This document shows positions 56,368-64,000 of a stretch of DNA of 64,000 bases, piece after piece. The position numbers and the translations under genes are program-made. Source of the DNA: Octopus sinensis (lineage: Eukaryota); assembly GCF_006345805.1 (NCBI RefSeq), contig NC_043010.1, positions 53,506,001-53,570,000 on the forward strand, in the 5' to 3' direction. Position 1 is the first letter of the stretch. The number at the start of each line of letters is the position of its first letter. The notes under the pieces were generated by a model. That model saw only the letters and a list, made by a program, of their open reading frames with translations. It had not been told where the DNA came from and searched no databases.

Positions 56368-56763
56368 AGGGCGGAGGAACTCTTGAGAGTCAACGGCCAT
56401 CCAATAAATGTCTTAAGGCTGGATCATGCGTTGGGACATAGAAATAATCGGACTGAATACCCGATCGCGTTGTTAAACCATTGGGAGTGAAGGACTCCTA
56501 GCATTTGTTAGGGCAACCTTCTAGGAGAAGTTAACTGAAGTAACTGGGATAACTCCGATATAAAACCTGCGGCTCAGTGGTTACCGATGATGTTGACTTG
56601 TTCTTCTTTTCGGATTATGGCTGCTGTTGCTTAGTGAGTGGGATTGACTCAGTGCACAGCCTTTCTCCACTTAAAAAAAATCTTCTTGCACAGGCATTGC
56701 ACGATAACAACATTGATTAAGCTTCGCGCAATGGCCATACTCGATAACGAGGGGACATCCACC
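56368..56763 (+). mobile_element. Short non-autonomous retroelement, RTE-like 5' leader and (ATGT)n tail
   Basis: Contains ggcaacc..ctaggagaag (recalled from RTE 5' UTRs), several hairpins and no ORF; embedded in (TATG)n. Confidence 0.4.
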
Positions 56764-56984
56764 ATGTATGTATGTATGTGTGTATGCATGTATGTATGTG
56801 TGTATGTATGTATGTCATTATTCAGTTTGTTTCAAGATTTCTTGCCAACAGAGAAAGAACCGGTTTCTAACTCAGATCCAAGGTTCCTTCTGCAGATTTG
56901 TATGTTTTATGTATGTTTTCTCATACATATAGTTAAACTATATATGTATGTAAGTATGTTTATATGTAAATATAATACACGCAT

Positions 56985-57021
<37 letters not shown>

Positions 57022-57025
<4 letters not shown>

Positions 57026-57262
57026 GTTGCTCAAGATGGCCTACAACTGCAAAATTTACTCTTACTTCGCCGGTTTCCGCGGTGTGTGTAATCTCTTGCT
57101 GGGCGGGAAGCCAGTCCATCGCAGGATTACTCACTTTTGCTAGCTGAGTGTAATCAGCATCATAGAATGAAGCGCTTTGCTCAAGAACACAGCATCTCCC
57201 GTTTAAGAATCGAAACCACAATGCTACGATCATTAGTGCAACAACCTGCCTTTAAGCTACGC
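57022..57262 (-). mobile_element. CORE-like SINE + V-like domain
   Basis: Minus strand reads gtgttcttgagcaaag...cactcagctagcaaaagtgagtaatcctgcgatggactggc. Confidence 0.75.
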
Positions 57263-57832
57263 ATCTCCACTTTCATATAACGATAAAAACTAATCATCTG
57301 CGAAGTATTATCAAATATAAACGTGTTTAATTATAATACATATGAAATATATGATTGCCTGTTATTTTCCAACTCTACAGAAAGACTTCTGTAATTGTCG
57401 GCCGAATGGTGTAGTTATTGACGGTAATTAGACGCGTGCTCAGTTTCTTGGTTCAGCAATTATGTCTTTTGACTCATTGCGAAAGCAATGACTTGAGAAG
57501 CTCTGGTGAGACAGGTTTTCAGTTGTTGCATTTACTCCAAGGAAGGCGCCCCCCCCCCCAATGCCTCATCATCAGCAAACAGCATAACTCTGAGAAATAC
57601 GTTGCAAATTCTCGTTTTCTCCTGCACTCGCAACACTGGGAAGTATCTCGTTTGTTTCTGTTTCAATGTAAACACCACGAGTTGTTATTTCTCCTAAGTA
57701 GAACTTCAGGATGTCATCAAGGAGAATGCAAAGTAGGATAGAATCGACCTGAAAGCCATCTTTCAATCAAGTCTGTGCCCATCCATGATTAATAGCGAGC
57801 CACAAGACTGAATTCTTGATAAGGAAGATGTA

Positions 57833-58344
57833 GTCTCTGGAAAGTTCGTGCCGATTTATAGTAGCTTACCTTTAGACTTATTTTAGAACATGGTTGAGTC
57901 CATAAAATAGGATTTGACTACGCCTCCATTTAGATCACAGTTTAAGCTATCTTTTCGTGGAAGAAGATTCATGTTCCTATAACCTGTGTTAATTCTGTAA
58001 CCCTTTAAAGTAGAAGATAAGAAAGTTCATTTTCGGCACTTGATGCTTTGGGAACCAGACAAAAATTGCTGCAGCTCGGCTGGGATGTGTAACCCCACCC
58101 TCCTTATTCACCAGATATTGCTCCTCCGGATTTCCACTTCTTCAATCTTATTGCCGGTTTTCTGGCGGTATACGGCTTTGCATTGTCTTGTTGAAACAAA
58201 GCACGTTTTTGACGAACAGGTTTTGGTAAATTTTTCAACCAGCGCATCGTAAACTCCATCAAGCTGCTCGCAGTGAAGGTCAGCATTGTTGGCGCGGCCC
58301 TTCGGGACAATTTCGGTGTACGAACTTTTCCCATCAACCTAATA
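57833..58344. mobile_element. Chimeric mariner remnant, plus-strand deleted copy + minus-strand catalytic fragment
   Basis: Plus strand gives TRQKLLQLGWDV*PHPPYSPDIAP; minus strand gives EIVPKGRANNADLHCEQLD...RALFQQDNAKPYTARK; terminal-repeat-like ends at 57833-57858 and 58313-58344. Confidence 0.82.
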
Positions 58345-58604
58345 TTTCTGCTAGAAGCAATCGAAATTTTGACGAAATCACAATACATTTATCTGGGTCT
58401 GATACACTAACTTTTTCATACACTAGCTACTACTTGTCTATGTAAATACACTCAATTTCACCAAGTATTGTAAAGCTATACCAAGTATGGTAAACCGTAC
58501 GCTTACATACGTAACACAAGCATAGAAATGTATTTATACACACATATGTATTTATACACACATATACATACCCACATATGTAAATATATATATATAATAT
58601 ATAA

Positions 58605-58665
<61 letters not shown>

Positions 58666-59084
58666 TATACACACGCATATATTTATGATAGAGGAGTATT
58701 AAAATCGGTATGTCATAATTTGGAACATAAAAAACTTAACATAGCTTTAGTGTTTTTGAACTACTGAAGCGAATAAGTGAATACTTTAATAAAAGTAATA
58801 CGCATCCTCTGTAATATTTTCGCTTTTGACTTTTTTAAAACCTTCATTCGACATTTTTATGTTCTAAACATCAGAAATTCTTATATTGCAGCAAACAAAT
58901 ATGGATATTTATTCCAAACCGTCCGTGTAGCTGAAAACATGTAGAATGTTACAGTAATATGATAAGCAGCGAAACATTGTAAAGGCTTTTAATCCACGGT
59001 GGGGAAGGGAAAAGATTCAACATATAAATTGGGAGGTCAAAGTTTCAATACTACGGAAATTGGTTAAGAAGGTCGCAGGAATTG

Positions 59085-59290
59085 CAAGACGGATTCTTCA
59101 AGCCATGCCAACCAGCAAGAGAAATAAAGAAGAACGAGAACAAAATAGTTGGATGATATCAATAGTCTGAGTTGGCCACGTTTGGAATCTAGCCGGAAAA
59201 TCTAATCACAATTGCTTTTGATAGGATCCCTTGGTGGAGGTATCTGAGGAATGTAGCCGCACGACTCTTCCAGGAATAGTGAGCAGAGAA
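59085..59290 (+). mobile_element. RTE-clade LINE 3' remnant
   Basis: With frameshifts: RILQAMPTSKRN(RGRP)RTK*LDDINSLSWPRL(GI)*PENLITIAFDRIPW. Confidence 0.55.
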
Positions 59291-59598
59291 GGTTGCTGGA
59301 TGGAACGAACGCTTTCCATCTCATTGATGTTTAAAACAGAATTTCGATGACTTATGGGAGAAAACAAAAAGAAAGCAAGTTATTAGTGGAATACTGAAGT
59401 AAATAGAAAGAAATAACAGATGGTATGGTAAAAAGTTAGAGGGTAAAAGAATAAGGGTTACTGTCGAAGAGCGAAAGGTAGATAGATAAATAGAAATAAA
59501 GGGAGGTAATAGTCTAAGAAAGAGTGGTACATGTAGAAATAATCTTTTTGTATTCTAGGCACAAGTCCCGAAATTTATATACATATATATATGTATAG

Positions 59599-59658
<60 letters not shown>

Positions 59659-59672
59659 TCTATGTGTGTATG

Positions 59673-59719
<47 letters not shown>

Positions 59720-59761
59720 GTATATGTATATATATACATACACATACACACATATATATAT

Positions 59762-60737
59762 AGGTGCAGGATGTAACCAACGGTGAAAATAACATGAAAT
59801 ACGTAAACAACGATGAAGAAATGGAAACAGAAAAAGGACCATTTATCAGTTGTCGGATGTCTATCTACTCGTCATTTTGAGCATTCGAAAACAATATGAG
59901 TCTTCAAAGAAAGTTGCTCCCATAGTTTCTAAAATATAATTTAGGATTTATGGAGGGTCAACGTTGGGAACAAAAACATATGAGAGGAGATATACAAGAA
60001 AACAGAAAGAGGATTAACGTGGAAGGTCGTTAGACAAGAACGAGAGAAAAATAGTGAACACTGTAAGAAACATTCTTTTGAAAAGAGAAAAGAATGAACA
60101 GAGAGAGAAAAACGTTCGCACATTTGAATGTCTGTGTAGGAAAAGAAAGATGGACGATGGTGTCGTGTCAGCAACGAGAGGGAGAGAGAGAGAGAAATAA
60201 AAGAGAAAGAATAGAAAGAGAAAAAGAGAAAGAAGGGAGAGAGAGACACATAGAAAACTTGACCATCGTCTATCGAAACTTCTCCTCACGTGACGTTCAA
60301 AAGAATGGACGTGTTTCTTTTGGTGCACAGACGTTGAAAAGGATGGACGTGTTTTTACTTCTCTCTTAAAGCTTTTCTCTTTTCAAAAAATATTTCTCAC
60401 AGCATTCACTATTCTTCTATCGTTCTGGTTTGACGATCTCCTCCATGTCTGTTTTCGTTCGGTTTCCTTGATGGTCTCCACTGTCATGTTTCGTTCCCAA
60501 CTTTGACCCTGCCTAAATCCTTAATTCTAGTTTAGAATTTATGGGAGCAATTGTCTTTGAAGACTCATATTGTCGTTGAATGCTCGAAATAATGATTAGA
60601 TAGACAGCCGACAACTGATTAAGTGTCATTTCTCTCTGTTTACTTGTGCTGTCTTCCATTTTTCCTCGCTTTTTACGTATTTAACTGGTTTGTTTACATA
60701 TTTCATGCTATTTGCACCGTTGGTGACGTCCTGTACA
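59762..60737. repeat. Diverged long inverted repeat, arms of about 330-365 bp
   Basis: 59762-60092 aligns in reverse complement to 60372-60737 (e.g. caatatgagtcttcaaaga, cagttgtcgg.tgtctatct, ttttgaaaagagaaaag). Confidence 0.8.
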
Positions 60738-60820
60738 CATATATGCATACATGTATATATATATATTACTGATTATATATAAATATATGTATATATATGT
60801 GTATATACATAAACAGATAT

Positions 60821-60885
<65 letters not shown>

Positions 60886-61428
60886 AACGAATATATATAC
60901 ACGAGACAGTTCTTTAATATAATGCAGGAAATTCTGTAGAATTTTGTATCATATACGCATGCACATACAATTTAAACAAACAAAATCACACGCATATACA
61001 CACGCACACACATTCATATATGTGTACGAATGCGTGTGTCTACAGGTATGTATAATGACGCATTTTGTATTAAAATGTAATTTTATATCCTTGGGGACAT
61101 AGTAAGATACACACATATATATACAAGCAGTCTACGCATACGTGTGTGTTTGTGTGTGAGTGTCTCTAAGAAGATGTTTACGTGTTTGTATGTGTATGTA
61201 TGTCTGTTGTGTGTGTATGTGTGAGGATAAATGGTTAACTCAAATGTAAAAGAATAACAAAAACAAAGTAAAAACCAAAACAAAAAGGAGAGAGTCAGCA
61301 ATTATTAAAGAATCTTTCAAACATATTGGAGATGAGAGATAGACAAGTGAACGAATAACAAACCCCTTTCACTACAGCCGATATTATCACCGCTACCTAC
61401 AATCCGCCCCCCCCCATCTGTCATAGTG

Positions 61429-61463
<35 letters not shown>

Positions 61464-61559
61464 AATAATAATGACTTGCAGCAGCGGCAGGAGCAGCAGC
61501 ACTATTGCTATTAAAACTATCAACAGCCGCTCAATAACAAACCTGAATCTATTATGTAT

Positions 61560-61597
61560 TTGTGTGTGTGTGTACACATTCACACACACACACACAC

Positions 61598-61645
<48 letters not shown>

Positions 61646-61667
61646 CACATATATATATATATATTAT

Positions 61668-61739
<72 letters not shown>

Positions 61740-61823
61740 TATATTCATATATATATATATATTTATATAATATATATAATATATAATATATATATAATAT
61801 ATATATATATATGAATATATATT

Positions 61824-61869
<46 letters not shown>

Positions 61870-61870
61870 G
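61560..61870. repeat. (TA)n-rich tract
   Basis: Visible tandem units. Confidence 0.95.
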
Positions 61871-62546
61871 TCTTAAGTTTGATTGTTTATTTATCAAAGA
61901 ATACGTACATAAATTGTCTGAATGTGTGCTTGTATGTATAAATGTATGCGTGCTTGCGCGTGTGTGGTTTGTGTGTGAGTGCGCGCGCGCGGTTTTATGT
62001 ATATGTGTGTATGTGTGTGTAACTGCCTGTATGTATACCTGTGAAATTCTTTAACTGTATTTCTTTTCATAGTTTGTAACATTTTTAAAAGGTTTCCATT
62101 AGATAAAAATTGTGAAAAGACGGTACTAATGTGAAATCACAAATACAGTTTAAAGACAAAAGTCTCTGAATACTGAATGAATAAAAAAAGTCTTTATTGT
62201 TGTAGTCAAAAGTTTCCATTCAAAATCAATTGGTTTTGTTATTCTTTGGTTTCCGAATATTTCTTTTGCTACATTCCATTTCTTATCTCTCATCAGTTTT
62301 ATGATAAATAATGGCTTGTGATTTTGGTACAAAGCCAGCCGTTTTGTTGGGTGTTTCTTAGTCGATATCATCGATCCCAATATAATATTTTATCGACCAC
62401 AAAGGGATGAAAGGCTTACAGCTGATCTCGTGGGGTTGGAACTGAGAATGTAAAGATCCGGAAGAAATACCACAACATTTTTTCAGATGAACCAACGATG
62501 TTGTCAACTCTCTGCTTCCCGAAATGAGAACGCTATTTTTGTTGTA

Positions 62547-62867
62547 TTTTTATTATTTATGCGCCCTTTTCCAGCCTAGCCAGGCTCATGGACCCGGTTT
62601 CCCAGTTTCTATGGCGTATGTGTTACCCCCAGCTGGACGGGACGCCAGCCCATCGCAGAGTTACTCAAGAAACAGGAAGAAAGTGTGAGAGAAAGTTGGG
62701 GCGAATGAGTACAACGGGGGTCGCCACCAACGCCTGCCGGAGCCTCGCGGAGCTTTAGGTGTTTTCGCTCAATAAACACACATAACGCCCGGTCTGGGAA
62801 TCGAAACCGCTATCCTCCAACCGCAAGTCCGCTGCCCTAAAGCCTGGGCCATTGCGCCTCCACAGAC
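62547..62867 (-). mobile_element. SINE head A + V-like tail
   Basis: 10-bp TSD ttttgttgta at 62537-62546 and 62868-62877; homologous to 5378-5703. Confidence 0.88.
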
Positions 62868-63354
62868 TTTTGTTGTAGTTGATTTTAATTTCAAAATCCA
62901 TTTCTTATTACTTATCAATTTTCTCTTAAATAATGCTTTCTGATTTTTGAACAAGATCAGCAAACTTACATTGTGCTTGTTAGTATGTATCCTTCGCCCC
63001 AACACTAAATTAGAAATAATTTATTTACCTTAAAATGCTTGCAGTGCACAGTTTGTCTGGGTGTGATTCGAACCGCAAATGAAAAGATCTTGAAGAAATA
63101 TAACCATGATTTGTCCTATACCCTAACGTGTCTCTTAGGTCAACTTTCCCTTTTGTATTGTTTCCTGATCTCGGTACGAAACCAGAAATTTGGATGGTTG
63201 GATATACTGATGACTCCATTACAAGTCAGGAACTTTCTTTCTACTGATCTTAGAGGGATAAAAATAACGTTCACCTGGGTGAAATTAGAACTCAGAATAT
63301 AAAGGAGCGAAAGAAATAACACAAACCTCTATTTCGATGCTCTAATGATTCTGG

Positions 63355-63676
63355 TGGATGCGCAATGGCCCCGTGGTTAGGGCAGCGGTCTCGCGGTCGG
63401 AGATTCGCGGTTTCAATTCCCAGATCTGACGTTGTGTGTGTTTATTGAGCGAAAACACCTAAAATATCCACGAGGCAGCGGCAGGGAGTAGTGGCGACCA
63501 CTGTTGTACACTTTCGCCACAACTTTTTCTCACTCTCTTTTCCTGTTCCTTGAGTAACGCTGCAATGGACTGGCGTCCCGTCCAGCTGGGAGAGGGACAC
63601 ATACGCCACAGAAACCGGGAAACCGGGTCCATGAGCCTGGTTAGACTTAAAAGGGGCGATGTTTATCGTATCGCTT
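63355..63676 (+). mobile_element. SINE head A + V-like tail
   Basis: 12-bp TSD taatgattctgg at 63343-63354 and 63677-63688. Confidence 0.88.
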
Positions 63677-63944
63677 TAATGATTCTGGCAACTCATCGAC
63701 TTTGTTGTATGTTTCTAAACATGGCAAGAGACCAACAATGATGCGGTATGTATGTCAGTCAAATCCATTGACGCAAATACATGTCGGGCACCAACCCTGG
63801 ATGGATGAAAGGCAATGTTAAATTTCGCAGAATACGAACTCTGACTCTAAAAATCCGGAAGTAATACTGCTAAATATTTTTACAATATTTTAATGATTTT
63901 GCTTCCTCACCGTCAACCGTTTATGTTATATAATACAGGGTCTC

Positions 63945-64000
63945 TAAGGCGGTGAGCTGGCAGAAACGTTAGGACGTCGGGCGAAATGCGTAGCCGTATT
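63945..64000 (+). mobile_element. SINE C head, runs off the window end
   Basis: taaggcggtgagctggcagaaacgttagg. Confidence 0.8.

Overview
Eukaryotic, AT-rich, extremely repeat-dense DNA with one 100-N assembly gap. The SINE families and microsatellite load most resemble an octopod cephalopod (Octopus); this comes from recalled repeat families, not a search. No intact protein-coding gene, true tRNA/rRNA gene or CRISPR array can be supported, and nearly all long ORFs in the track are microsatellite artefacts. Contents: (i) large compound (TA/CA/ATCT/ACAT)n tracts; (ii) at least four tRNA-derived SINE groups, labelled here A-D, many with target-site duplications (TSDs); (iii) decayed LINEs (HERO/NeSL-like with restriction-like endonuclease, CR1-like, RTE-like); (iv) decayed Penelope-like elements (PLEs) and three families of short repeats carrying minimal hammerhead-ribozyme motifs; (v) mariner and maT (DD37D) remnants; (vi) several near-perfect palindromes. 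Best leads: the hammerhead-bearing repeats, including a recurrent CUGUUGA core variant; SINE-C dimers with a fixed junction that inserted as single units; a LINE carrying a TSD-flanked copy of part of itself; and a chimeric mariner with terminal-repeat-like ends. Candidate micro-exons exist on both strands but are unproven. Element boundaries are approximate unless a TSD is given.
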